Source: an uncultured Candidatus Moduliflexus sp.
Lineage (GTDB): Bacteria; Moduliflexota; Moduliflexia; Moduliflexales; Moduliflexaceae
Direction of reading: 5' to 3'
Assembly (NCBI GenBank): GCA_964498135.1
Contig: CAZCGG010000001.1
Span: 3,371-67,370 of the forward strand
Length of the DNA: 64,000 nt
Position 1 is the stretch's first letter, and each line of letters starts with the position of its first letter. Of the stretch, positions 1-9,559 are shown piece by piece. Under the pieces are notes generated by a model. The model saw only the letters and a program-made list of their open reading frames with translations, did no database searches and was not told the origin of the DNA. Both the position numbers and the translations under genes were made by a program.

Positions 1-3
1 GCG

Positions 4-486
4 TTAAATTTCGATTTTTTCCGGAAAATCGGGCAAGAGCAGGGAGCGTTCAATTTGCCCGGACGGGGTATAAAACTCAATCGCGCCGTTATTGTCACAC
101 AGCCAGACTTCCTGCGCTCCGGCCTCGAAATACAGCTTGCCTTTCCCAAGCATTTGGGCTTTCGTGTTCCCCGGCGACATCACTTCGACGCAGACTTCCG
201 GCGCAATCGGGCTGGAGACGCGATCTCCGATCTGCGCAAAACGCTCGTCAGACATCCAAATCACATCCGGCGCTTTGACGTTTTCCGATGTTTCTACCGG
301 AAATTCCTGCAACGTTTTGCCGCGTTTGCTCAAAAATTTCAGCCATTCGGCAATCCGATCTTGAAACAGCACATGCCTAATGCTCGCGGGACTCATCACA
401 ATTTGCTCCCATTGATTGAGTTCGATTTTATATGGCAAATTCTGCAAACTTGCGTTGACGCACACTTGTTCCCAATTCATAGGCAT
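4..486 (-). CDS. Uma2-family (DUF820) restriction-endonuclease-like protein
   Basis: 160 aa ORF; motif pattern PDV..EV.SP.....D...K...Y...G..E.W..D typical of Uma2/PD-(D/E)XK fold proteins. Confidence 0.55.
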   Translation of the reverse strand: MPMNWEQVCVNASLQNLPYKIELNQWEQIVMSPASIRHVLFQDRIAEWLKFLSKRGKTLQEFPVETSENVKAPDVIWMSDERFAQIGDRVSSPIAPEVCVEVMSPGNTKAQMLGKGKLYFEAGAQEVWLCDNNGAIEFYTPSGQIERSLLLPDFPEKIEI

Positions 487-617
487 TCTCCTTAAAAATC
501 ATGATAGCGAGGCTGACGAAATTTGTCAAGCGGATACGAGCATTTCCGCGTTTTCGCCGCGACATGCCATTTCCGCAAGAAACTACACAGGGAAACACGA
601 AACAAACCAAAAAAATA

Positions 618-646
618 TTGACAAATTCGCAAACGTGATCATAATC
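618..646 (+). promoter_or_regulatory. sigma70-like promoter (TTGACA-N17-ATAATC) upstream of chemosensory operon
   Basis: TTGACA at 618-623, 17 nt spacer, ATAATC/CATAAT at 639-646 in the 344-bp intergenic region. Confidence 0.3.
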
Positions 647-695
647 TACTGAATGACTTGTCAGAGGGAAAACTCGATGCGGAAAGAGTTTGTTC

Positions 696-725
696 TTGAC
701 AAAAATGCTAAAATGAGATTATAGA
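696..725 (+). promoter_or_regulatory. second sigma70-like promoter candidate (TTGACA-N17/18-TATAGA)
   Basis: TTGACA at 696-701, spacer, TTATAG/TATAGA at 719-725; about 105 nt upstream of ATG 831. Confidence 0.25.
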
Positions 726-830
726 AGTTTCGCTGAGGGTTCTCAGCGAGAAAATAAACGCCTGAAAAGATCGGCATGTTAGAATAACCGGCATCATTCA
801 ATCGTGTGTAAGGCTGGAGAGGGCGACATC

Positions 831-1925
831 ATGAGCAAGCCGAATGTGTTAGTCATTACCGAACAAACGGACATGCAGGACGAATTACAAACGATTCTCA
901 CGGAACAGTATGAGTATCTTGCGGCGCACACCGGAGTTGACGGCGTGGCAATCTCCCGAATGGCGCGTCCTGCCGCGATTTTCGTGGACATGAACCTCCC
1001 CCGCTTTCAGGCGGTTGGCGTCTGCAAATCGCTCTTAGCCAACGAGCATGCGCGAACGATTCCCGTGTTCGTTGTGGCGGATGAATCGGCGCAGGCGGAT
1101 GGCGATTTAAGCGCGCTTGCCAATTTCAAAGGCATGCTTCCGCGCCCATTCCACGCTGACGACGTGAAATCAAAACTGCAAGCCGCGCTCTCCGGCGCGC
1201 CGGTCTCGGGCGGCAAAGCAGGCGCGCGGGCGGGCGCCAAGCGCGACGAGCCGATTCGAGTCCTTTCAGTAGATGATAGCTCGGTTGTCCGAAAATTGGT
1301 CACGATGATTTTGACGGCGGAAGGCTTTAAAGTCTCCACCGCGTCCGACGGCTTAGAAGGCGTCAACAAAGCCAAAGAAATCAAGCCCGATATTATTCTG
1401 CTCGATTTCGTCATGCCGAAAATGAACGGGTTTCAAGTTTGCCGCATTTTGCAAAAAGATGAAAAATTGCGCCATATTCCGGTCATTCTCGTCACGTCAA
1501 AAGGGGATAAAGTCGGCGACAAGTTCGTGGATCAACTCGGCGTTACGGGCTACATTACCAAGCCGTTTCAGCCCGAAGAATTAGTCAGCAAAATTCATCA
1601 GACCTTAGAAGGCCAGCCGTCCACAGCAGAACCGTCGTCCGCGGCTGGCGAACAGGCCGCCACCCCGACATTTGAAGGAGAAGCGGCCGCTCCGGCAGAG
1701 CATCCCGCGCCCGCCGCGCCGAAAGCCGAGCCTGCCAAACATGCCGCCCCCGCGCATGCCGCGCCAGTCGCCGCAGCCGCGCCACATGACATGGAGCAGC
1801 AGATCAAGCACTTGGTGAAAGCTGAAGTTGAAGCCGCGATGGCGTCTCTGGAAAAACATCTGGAAAAATTGGTCGTTGAAAAACTGAATGAATACATTCG
1901 ACGAGCAAAGAAAAAAGACGCTTAA
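831..1925 (+). CDS. response regulator with degenerate N-terminal receiver plus canonical CheY-like receiver, Pro/Ala-rich linker and C-terminal coiled coil (PilG/FrzZ-like)
   Basis: ATG 831 preceded by GGAGAGGG. Second domain IRVLSVDDS...ILLDFVMPKMNGF...TSK is a canonical REC. First domain is REC-like but lacks the acidic pair. ORF track start 804 is probably too long. Confidence 0.75.
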   Translation: MSKPNVLVITEQTDMQDELQTILTEQYEYLAAHTGVDGVAISRMARPAAIFVDMNLPRFQAVGVCKSLLANEHARTIPVFVVADESAQADGDLSALANFKGMLPRPFHADDVKSKLQAALSGAPVSGGKAGARAGAKRDEPIRVLSVDDSSVVRKLVTMILTAEGFKVSTASDGLEGVNKAKEIKPDIILLDFVMPKMNGFQVCRILQKDEKLRHIPVILVTSKGDKVGDKFVDQLGVTGYITKPFQPEELVSKIHQTLEGQPSTAEPSSAAGEQAATPTFEGEAAAPAEHPAPAAPKAEPAKHAAPAHAAPVAAAAPHDMEQQIKHLVKAEVEAAMASLEKHLEKLVVEKLNEYIRRAKKKDA

Positions 1926-1940
1926 AAAGGACGCGGGGGT

Positions 1941-2321
1941 ATGGGGAAAAAAATATTAATTGTAGATGACAGCCTTGTCGAAATCAAAATTCTTCAAAGC
2001 TTCTTGGCGGAGACGGACTATCTCATCACCGTTGCGCGCAACGGCGAGGAAGGCGAAGCCACCGCCAAGACGGTTGCGCCGGATTTGATTTTTCTGGATG
2101 TCGTCATGCCCAAAAAAAACGGATTCCAAGTTTGTCGAGATTTACGAAAAGAACCGCGATTTCAGCAAACCCCAATCATCATGCTCACGTCAAAATCTCA
2201 AGACACCGATAAATTTTGGGGGATGCAGCAAGGCGCGACCGATTATATTACGAAACCATACGAAAAACAGCAGATTCTCGAAATTTTACGCCAATATTTA
2301 AGCCGCGAGCAGGCGGGATGA
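1941..2321 (+). CDS. cheY: single-domain CheY-like response regulator
   Basis: 126 aa; KILIVDDS...LIFLDVVMPKKNGF...TSK...DYITKP. Confidence 0.85.
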   Translation: MGKKILIVDDSLVEIKILQSFLAETDYLITVARNGEEGEATAKTVAPDLIFLDVVMPKKNGFQVCRDLRKEPRFQQTPIIMLTSKSQDTDKFWGMQQGATDYITKPYEKQQILEILRQYLSREQAG

Positions 2322-2392
2322 GAGGATGTCATTCCGCATGCGCCGCGTGAGCGAGACGCCGGACGCAGCCGTCGGCAGGCGTCCGAAGCCGT

Positions 2393-2890
2393 ATGAAACG
2401 GGTTCATTCCCTTACTGAACATCACCATGCCAAACGAGACGAAGGCAGCCTTGAGCCGCAGGAACGGATTCAAGTCTGCATCTTTGAGCTTGCCGACCGG
2501 CTTTTCGGATTGAGCATTTTCGATGTGCAGGAAATCATGGAAAATTCGCAGATCACGCCTGTGCCGACGACCCCCAATTTTTTATTAGGCGTGATTAACC
2601 TGCGCGGAGACATTGTGCCAATTGCGGATATTCGGGGCATTCTTCATCTTCCGTTTAAAGAGCGCACGCGCGAAAGCCGCATCATGATTCTGAACATTAA
2701 AGATGTGCGGATTGGGATTTTAGTGGATGCGATCAAGGAAGTCTGCCATTTGGATAAGCGCACGTTTCAAGCAGATGCCGCGCAGACCGGCTTGGCGGAC
2801 GGCAAGTTCATCGCCAACATCATTCAATATAAAGACAGTTTGTTAGCGTTGCTCAATTTAGGGCATATTTACAACAGCATCCAATTATAA
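2393..2890 (+). CDS. cheW: CheW coupling protein
   Basis: CheW-like domain (LSIFDVQEI...LGVINLRGDIVPIADIRGIL); start may lie downstream of 2393. Confidence 0.8.
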   Translation: MKRVHSLTEHHHAKRDEGSLEPQERIQVCIFELADRLFGLSIFDVQEIMENSQITPVPTTPNFLLGVINLRGDIVPIADIRGILHLPFKERTRESRIMILNIKDVRIGILVDAIKEVCHLDKRTFQADAAQTGLADGKFIANIIQYKDSLLALLNLGHIYNSIQL

Positions 2891-3024
2891 GCGAGCAGGG
2901 AAAACTGGAACATACACACCGTTACGATGTCTGACAACCCAACAAAGACGAAGACGCCAGAGAAAAGAGGGCATCCCACGAACGGTGCCGTTTTTTCTCC
3001 GAGTTCTTTTCTCTTTCAGCGCGA

Positions 3025-5115
3025 ATGAGTCAGGATCAAGGGCTGCTATCAAAAAAAGGGTTTCATTTTCTGCAAAGTTTCTGGTTTAAATTCTCCGTGC
3101 TGACAGGAAGCCTTGTGCTGATTGCCGTGCTGGTCAACTGGGGACTTGTGCGCTCAGTCTATGAACGGACGCTGGCGTCTGAATTAGAAGAAAAGGGGCA
3201 TATTATCGCCAAATTTGTCCGTTCCTTTAAGATTTCCACGTATTACACGGAAAAAAATTTTGCTCGGATGGAAGAAATGCTCATCGCCGCGCGAAAGCAG
3301 GATCGCGGCATTATTTATGCGTATGTCAAAGACGACGAAGGCAAAATCGTCGCGCAGACGCCGGAAAGCATTACAACCAATTCCACGTCAGAAGGTTTGC
3401 TGGAAGTCATCAATCCGCTTGCCGAAAACACGGCGGTCGCGCATAAGCATCTGACGCTCAAGCTTCCCAACGGCATCCAATATACGATTATTGACACGGC
3501 CATTCAACTGCTGCCCGACCATCAAGCCGAATTGCATGTCGGCTTGCGCACCGGCAGCCGGACGGCATCCTATCTCAGCACCATTCAATTAATTGTCCTC
3601 CTCGCAGTGTTTATCGGCTTAACCGTTCTGATTCTGCGCCGGTTCGTCGTCTCCCAAATTCAAGCGCCGCTCGACCAACTCGTGCATTTCATCAAGCAGA
3701 TCGGTCAGGGCAACATGGAACACTCGCTGACCATGAATGTCAAAAACGAAATGGCGGTTGTCGGCAATAATTTAACCGACATGGCGGAGCAACTCAAAGG
3801 CATGGTGCAGACCGAAGCGGACATCAACCGGATGCAAGGCCAAATCATGAACATGTTAAGCACCGTGAGCGCTGCGGCAGACGGCAATCTCACGGTCGAG
3901 GCTGAAGTCACCGCCGACGCGCTCGGCTCGCTCGCCGACGCTTTTAACATGATGGTGGCGAGTTTGGCGTCATTAGTCCAGCAAGTCCGTAATTCCGCTT
4001 CTGACATGAGCATGGCGACGAACGAAATTCTCGCGTCGTCGGAACAGATGATTAAAGGCGCGGAAGAGCAGCAAAATCACATCAATAACATCACCAGCGC
4101 CGTTGATGAAATCGCCATTTCGATGCAGCAAGTGGCGAATAACGCCGAATCCGCCGCCCGCGCGTCGCAAAAAGCGACGGAAGCCGCGCAGAAAGGCGAA
4201 AAATCGGTGGAAGAAACGATTCGCGGCATGCACCGCATTCGCAATACCGTGCAAGTCACGAGCAAGAAAATCAAAAGCCTTGGGGATCGTTCCATCGAAA
4301 TTAACGAAATTATTACGACGATTGACGACATCGCCCGTCAAACCACGATTCTTGCCTTGAACGCCGCCATCGAAGCCGCCCGCGCCGGAGAACACGGACG
4401 CGGATTCGGCGTCGTCGCTGAAGAAGTGCGGAAATTAGCGGAACGGTCGAGCAAGGCGACGCAGGACATTGCGGATTTGATCAAAGGCATTCAAGCGGAA
4501 ACCAACGAAGCCGTCCGCACGATGGAAGAAGGCACGCGCGAAGTGGAAGAAGGGACGCGGTTGGCCGATATTGCCGGATCGTCGTTGAAAGAGATTGATA
4601 AAAGCGTTGATCAAGTGGCGAGCCTCATTCAAGAAATCTCGCTGGCGGTCAAACAGCAGGCGCGCGGCACGGATGGCGTGGTGCATTCAATGGAGACGAT
4701 TTCGGACATTACGCAACTGCATGGCGACGGCGTGCGCAAGACCACGAAGACGATTCAGCAATTAGCCATGCTGTCAGACCGCTTAGTGGCGGCTATCGGC
4801 AATTTCAAAATCGCGGAATCCGGCGCGCGCGTGGAAATCGCCCGCCCGAAACCGTTAGCATCCGCCCCTGCGCAGCCGCAGCAACACGCGCAGCCACATC
4901 CGCCTCAGCCGCCCCAAGCGCAGCCGCCGCAGCCTCGCCCCAAACCGCAGCCGATTGAGGCGAAAGCGTCGCAGCCGCAGCCACCTCAACCAATGCCGCC
5001 TGCTCAATCGCAAGCCGCGCAAGATTCCGCGCAATTACGAACGTTGTTCGGCAGCCGGGAGGAAGACGAGGATGAAATGATCACGGAAGAAGATTTCGGT
5101 ATCCTCGAAAAATAG
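3025..5115 (+). CDS. methyl-accepting chemotaxis protein with two TM helices, periplasmic sensor domain, HAMP and MCP signalling domain, plus Pro/Gln-rich C-terminal tail
   Basis: 696 aa; hydrophobic segments near residues 20-40 and 190-210; conserved signalling core ...[40 protein letters not shown]... Confidence 0.9.
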   Translation: MSQDQGLLSKKGFHFLQSFWFKFSVLTGSLVLIAVLVNWGLVRSVYERTLASELEEKGHIIAKFVRSFKISTYYTEKNFARMEEMLIAARKQDRGIIYAYVKDDEGKIVAQTPESITTNSTSEGLLEVINPLAENTAVAHKHLTLKLPNGIQYTIIDTAIQLLPDHQAELHVGLRTGSRTASYLSTIQLIVLLAVFIGLTVLILRRFVVSQIQAPLDQLVHFIKQIGQGNMEHSLTMNVKNEMAVVGNNLTDMAEQLKGMVQTEADINRMQGQIMNMLSTVSAAADGNLTVEAEVTADALGSLADAFNMMVASLASLVQQVRNSASDMSMATNEILASSEQMIKGAEEQQNHINNITSAVDEIAISMQQVANNAESAARASQKATEAAQKGEKSVEETIRGMHRIRNTVQVTSKKIKSLGDRSIEINEIITTIDDIARQTTILALNAAIEAARAGEHGRGFGVVAEEVRKLAERSSKATQDIADLIKGIQAETNEAVRTMEEGTREVEEGTRLADIAGSSLKEIDKSVDQVASLIQEISLAVKQQARGTDGVVHSMETISDITQLHGDGVRKTTKTIQQLAMLSDRLVAAIGNFKIAESGARVEIARPKPLASAPAQPQQHAQPHPPQPPQAQPPQPRPKPQPIEAKASQPQPPQPMPPAQSQAAQDSAQLRTLFGSREEDEDEMITEEDFGILEK

Positions 5116-5121
5116 CCGCCG

Positions 5122-7785
5122 ATGAGTGAAGGATTCAATCGTTCTGACATCGTTGATTTTTTTCTGGTTGAGGCGAGCGAACATCTCCAAACCCTCAATG
5201 ATGGCCTGCTTTCCTTAGAAGAAAACAGCGAAGATTTGAGCATCGTGGATGAAATCTTCCGTTCCGCCCATACGATCAAGGGATCGGCGGCCATGCTCGG
5301 CTTCAATGTTATCAGCAAGCTGGCGCACAAAATGGAGGATTTGCTGGGCAAAATCCGCAGCCGCGAGCTTGAACTGTCTGAGCCGGTGGTTGATCTGCTC
5401 TTGCAGTCGGTAGATTCGCTGACCATGCAGGTCAACGGCATTCCCGGCGGACAGATGGGCGATGAATCCATCCTCCTGATGTTCAATGATCTGTATGCGG
5501 AATATTTAACGGGAGGCGCAGGCAAACCTGCTCCGTCCCAGGCCAAACCCGCCGTAAAAGAGCCGGAGCCGGTCGCCCCGCCCGCAGAAGCGGAAGAGCC
5601 TGAAGAGCCGCTCGAACTGCCGGAAGACCTTGAACTCGACGCCATTCCGCTTGAAGAACTTGCCGAAATTCTGCCTGAAGAAGAGGAAGAAGAATCCGCC
5701 AAGCCCGTTGAAACTGCGCCGGTTGTCGAACCGCCCAAAACGCCGCCAGCCCCTGTCGTTCAGGCCGCGCCGCCGCAAAAAGCGGCTCCAGCAAAACCGT
5801 CAACCATACCCAAAAAAGAGGCGGCGGAGCAATCGCTCGTCTCCGCAAGCGATCAGAAAATCATCAAAGTCGGCGTGGAAGGCTTGAACCTGCTGATGAA
5901 TTTGGTCGGGGAATTGGTGATTAACCGCACCCGCATGGATCAACGGATTCTCTATGTCGGCAAAATCGGCGCGGAACTGAGTTTCAGCCAAGAACGGCTG
6001 CTCAGGGTGATTCGTGATTTCAAGGAAAAATACGAATTCGGCAAGCTCAACGAAACCCCGCCGCCCGCGCCGGAAGCCCGCGTTGAAGAATTCGGCGAGA
6101 CGGAAACGGCCTCGGAATTGTTGGACGGATTTTTCGAATTGGAATTCGATAAATACGACGATTTCAACATCCTCTCGCGCAGCCTTATGGAAATCGGTTC
6201 GGATATTTCGGAAATCATGAGCCAGCTCACCGATTTCTTTGATAAATTCGAAGAGGAATCGTCCCAGATCCGCCGCATTACCAATGAGTTGCAAGAAGAA
6301 ATCACCAATATCCGCATGGTGCCGGTCGGGCAATTGTTCAGCCGATTTCATCGCACGGTGCGCGACTCGGCCAAAGAAGAAGCCAAGCAGGTGACGCTGA
6401 AAATCTCCGGCGAAGACGCCAAACTCGACAAAACCGTCATCAACGAAATCGCCGATCCGCTCATGCACTTGGTGCGCAATTCGGTGTCGCACGGCATCGA
6501 AATCCCGGACGTCCGCAAAGCGCGCGGCAAGTCGGAAGAAGGCACCATCACGCTGAACGCCTACAAAGAAGGGGATAATATCATTATCGAAATCACCGAC
6601 GACGGCAACGGCATAGACGTGCAGCGCGTGCGCGAAACCATCGCGGAAAAAGGGCTGCGTTCGATGGCGGAAGTCGAGCGCATGCCGGATGATGAAGCGA
6701 TCAAATATATTTTCGCGCCCGGCTTTTCGACGAAAAAAGAAGTCAGCGCGATTTCGGGGCGCGGCGTCGGGATGGATGTCGTCAAAACCAATATTTCCAA
6801 GCTTGGCGGCAGCATTGAAATCAAAACCGAACCCGGCAAAGGCAGCAAATTTTCGATTAAACTGCCGTTGACGCTGGTTATTTACGCCGCGTTGTTGGTA
6901 AAATGCAACGAACAGGAATTTGCGATTTCGTTAACGTCCGTTGAGGAAACCGCCCGCATCCCGGTCTATCATATTCACAATATCGGCAAGCAGGAAGTGA
7001 TCAAACTGCGCGACCAAGTGCTGCCGATTCGCAGGCTCAGCCGGATTCTGCGCTATCCGTCCAGCAACGGCTCGCCGTCGAAACAGCAGTACGTTCCGAT
7101 TGTCATTGTCAAATCGGCGGAACATTCCTTAGCCTTAGTCGTGGACGAACTGATCGGGCAGGAAACCATCGTCATCAAGCCGTTGGGCGATTATCTGAAA
7201 AAGGTCAAGCTGTTTTCCGGCGCGACGATTTCAGGGGAAGGCAAAGTCCGGCTGATTCTCGATATTTCCACGATTGTCGAGCGCGAGTTGCTGAGTGAAT
7301 TGGCGAGCGATGTCACGTCCGCGACCATAGATCTGAATGAAGACGTGTTCCAGCCTGTCCCTGCATCGCCCGAACAGGAAGCGGCAAGCACCGAGGCGGC
7401 GGAATTGCTCTTAGTGGATGATTCCATCAGCATTCGCAAAATCATTGCCATGCTGCTGGAAAAGGCCGGATACAAGGTTGACGTGGCCGTAGATGGCGTG
7501 GAAGCCATTGAAAAGCTTGCCAGTAAGTCGTATGCGCTGCTGATTACCGATCTGGAAATGCCGCGCATGCACGGCTATGAACTGATCGCGGAAGTCAGGG
7601 GCAGCAATCAGGCAATCAGTTCGGTTCCGATTATCGTCATGACCTCCCGCGCAGGCGATAAACATCAGGCGAAAGCGATAGAACTCGGCGCAAACGATTA
7701 CATCATCAAGCCGGTTGACGAAGAAACCCTGCTCAAAAGCGTCCGCAGTTTATTGGCGAATCAACGAACGGGGATCGCGCCGTGA
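5122..7785 (+). CDS. cheA: CheA histidine kinase-receiver hybrid (Hpt, dimerisation, HATPase, CheW-like, C-terminal REC)
   Basis: Hpt HTIKGSAAMLGF; HATPase G-boxes (DDGNGID, GRGVGMD); C-terminal LLLVDDSISIRK...LITDLEMPRMHGY receiver; acidic/Pro-rich linker. Confidence 0.9.
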   Translation: MSEGFNRSDIVDFFLVEASEHLQTLNDGLLSLEENSEDLSIVDEIFRSAHTIKGSAAMLGFNVISKLAHKMEDLLGKIRSRELELSEPVVDLLLQSVDSLTMQVNGIPGGQMGDESILLMFNDLYAEYLTGGAGKPAPSQAKPAVKEPEPVAPPAEAEEPEEPLELPEDLELDAIPLEELAEILPEEEEEESAKPVETAPVVEPPKTPPAPVVQAAPPQKAAPAKPSTIPKKEAAEQSLVSASDQKIIKVGVEGLNLLMNLVGELVINRTRMDQRILYVGKIGAELSFSQERLLRVIRDFKEKYEFGKLNETPPPAPEARVEEFGETETASELLDGFFELEFDKYDDFNILSRSLMEIGSDISEIMSQLTDFFDKFEEESSQIRRITNELQEEITNIRMVPVGQLFSRFHRTVRDSAKEEAKQVTLKISGEDAKLDKTVINEIADPLMHLVRNSVSHGIEIPDVRKARGKSEEGTITLNAYKEGDNIIIEITDDGNGIDVQRVRETIAEKGLRSMAEVERMPDDEAIKYIFAPGFSTKKEVSAISGRGVGMDVVKTNISKLGGSIEIKTEPGKGSKFSIKLPLTLVIYAALLVKCNEQEFAISLTSVEETARIPVYHIHNIGKQEVIKLRDQVLPIRRLSRILRYPSSNGSPSKQQYVPIVIVKSAEHSLALVVDELIGQETIVIKPLGDYLKKVKLFSGATISGEGKVRLILDISTIVERELLSELASDVTSATIDLNEDVFQPVPASPEQEAASTEAAELLLVDDSISIRKIIAMLLEKAGYKVDVAVDGVEAIEKLASKSYALLITDLEMPRMHGYELIAEVRGSNQAISSVPIIVMTSRAGDKHQAKAIELGANDYIIKPVDEETLLKSVRSLLANQRTGIAP

Positions 7786-8891
7786 TACGAGTGCTTGTGG
7801 TGGATGATTCCGCGCTCATGGTGCGCATGTTGAGCGACATCATCAACGCTGATGCAGAGTTAGAAGTCATCGGAACGGCGATGCACGGCTATGAGGCGGT
7901 GCGAAAAACCGAGCGGCTGCGGCCGGATGTCATCACAATGGATGTCAACATGCCGCGCATGGACGGCCTGCGCGCCGTCGAGCAAATCATGACCACCATG
8001 CCAACGCCGATTGTGATGATTAGCTCAATGACGCGCGAAGGCGCGACCACTACGCTCAACGCCCTTGAACTGGGCGCGATTGATTTCATCTCCAAACCGT
8101 CCGGCGTCGTCTCTCCCGATATTGGCGAATTAGCCGTCGAAATTGTCGCGAAAATCAAAATCGCCTCGAAAATTCGCGTTGTCCGCACGGTCAAACGGAC
8201 GACGGCCGCCCTGCCGCCAGCGCCTGCGGCGAATGCCGACGCGCCGGATATTGACCGTGCGATTTTCAACTACGTCAAATCCAATCTGCCCGGCAATGTC
8301 TATAAATACGACCGCATCGTGGCGATTGGCTGCTCAACCGGCGGGCCGCAGGCATTAAACGAGATTCTGCCGCGTTTTCCCGTGAATTTTGAAGCGCCGA
8401 TTCTCGTCGTGCAGCACATGCCGAAAAAATTTACCAGCAAGCTCGCGGAATTATTGAACAAACGCCTGAATTTGGGCGTTGTCGAAGCGGCGGCGGGCAT
8501 GAAAATCCGCAAAGGCATGGTGTATATCGCGCCGGGCGGCCATCACCTCAAAATCTTGCCTGATCGCACGCTCGCGCTGTTCGATGGGCCGAAACGCCCC
8601 TCCGAACCCTGCCCGTCCGCCGATATGCTGATGCAATCTGTCGCCGCCGTGTTTGGTAGTCAGGCGATTGGCGTCATTTTAACCGGCATGGGCAATGACG
8701 GCGTTTCCGGCATGATGGCGATTAAAGAGGCTAACGGCGCGACCATCGCGCAGGATGAAGAAACGTCCCTCGTTTTCGGCATGCCCAAAACGGCGATTGA
8801 AGCCGGTTGCGTTGATGCGATTGTCCCGCTGCCCGGCATTGCCAACGAAATTATCGAACGTGTTTTAGGAAAGCGTTACCATCAGGGATAG
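7782..8891 (+). CDS. cheB: CheB methylesterase (REC plus methylesterase domain)
   Basis: IRVLVVDDSALMVR...; catalytic region GCSTGGPQAL...ILVVQHMP; 4-nt overlap with cheA stop. Confidence 0.9.
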   Translation: MIRVLVVDDSALMVRMLSDIINADAELEVIGTAMHGYEAVRKTERLRPDVITMDVNMPRMDGLRAVEQIMTTMPTPIVMISSMTREGATTTLNALELGAIDFISKPSGVVSPDIGELAVEIVAKIKIASKIRVVRTVKRTTAALPPAPAANADAPDIDRAIFNYVKSNLPGNVYKYDRIVAIGCSTGGPQALNEILPRFPVNFEAPILVVQHMPKKFTSKLAELLNKRLNLGVVEAAAGMKIRKGMVYIAPGGHHLKILPDRTLALFDGPKRPSEPCPSADMLMQSVAAVFGSQAIGVILTGMGNDGVSGMMAIKEANGATIAQDEETSLVFGMPKTAIEAGCVDAIVPLPGIANEIIERVLGKRYHQG

Positions 8892-8945
8892 TGCGACTCT
8901 CTCCCCCGCCCGCCGAACTCACATTTTTGTAAAAAATCCTGATTT

Positions 8946-9467
8946 TTGCGACTTTTTGCTTGCTATATGGAAGAGAATGGAGTAAGTTTAGTCTGTTTTG
9001 AAATTTGCGGCGAGAAATTCGCCTTTGATTTGGAATATCTCGTTGAAATTGTTCGCGTTCAGCCGTCAGAAATCACGCCGTGGTATTCGCCTGTGCCGAT
9101 TATTCGGGGAAAATGGGAATATCGCGGGCAAACGGTCTCTATCATAGACCTGCGGGAATTCTTTGGATTACAGCCGACTGCGGAACAATCTCCGCAGAAC
9201 GCGACGCCGGAACAGGGAGCGAAAAATATTCTGGTCATCAGCGTCGAAGACCAGACGTTTGGCTTGCTGACGGATAAAGTCCTGCACATGCAGCCCCTGA
9301 GTTCCTATTACGAATATCCCGCGTTCATTTCACATCTGCCGCGCCGCTATTTCGGAGGCGTAACGATGCGCGAGGCGGAATTAGTGATTCTGTTGGCGGT
9401 TGAAAATTTCGTGAGCGCGTATGAATTGGACATCCTCTCTGGTGACGCGGAGACGGAAGGCGCATGA
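8946..9467 (+). CDS. second CheW-like coupling protein
   Basis: CheW-like fold (VCFEICGEKFAFDLEYLVEIVRV...IIRGKWEYRGQTVSIIDL); start codon uncertain (TTG 8946 or ATG 8967). Confidence 0.65.
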   Translation: MRLFACYMEENGVSLVCFEICGEKFAFDLEYLVEIVRVQPSEITPWYSPVPIIRGKWEYRGQTVSIIDLREFFGLQPTAEQSPQNATPEQGAKNILVISVEDQTFGLLTDKVLHMQPLSSYYEYPAFISHLPRRYFGGVTMREAELVILLAVENFVSAYELDILSGDAETEGA

Positions 9468-9559
9468 ACGCTTGCCGCCGCGACGGGCGCGAGGCGACGC
9501 TGGGAACTCGTCTCGGAACGCCTCATCGAAACGGTTGACGGGCATGGGAGAAAAACGAT

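Noticed and set aside
1585-1897. Three overlapping minus-strand ORFs (66-99 aa) in the Pro/Ala-rich region of the first regulator
   Set aside because: Shadow ORFs of GC-rich low-complexity coding sequence.
2891-3024. Possible terminator between cheW and the MCP gene (AACGGTGCCGTT palindrome plus TTTTTTCTCC)
   Set aside because: The stem is at most 5 bp with a 2-nt loop, and the alternative stems are imperfect; too weak to call.
5004-5738. 244-aa Ser/Gly-rich minus-strand ORF spanning the MCP-CheA junction
   Set aside because: Antisense to the Pro/Gln-rich MCP tail and the cheA start; compositional artefact.
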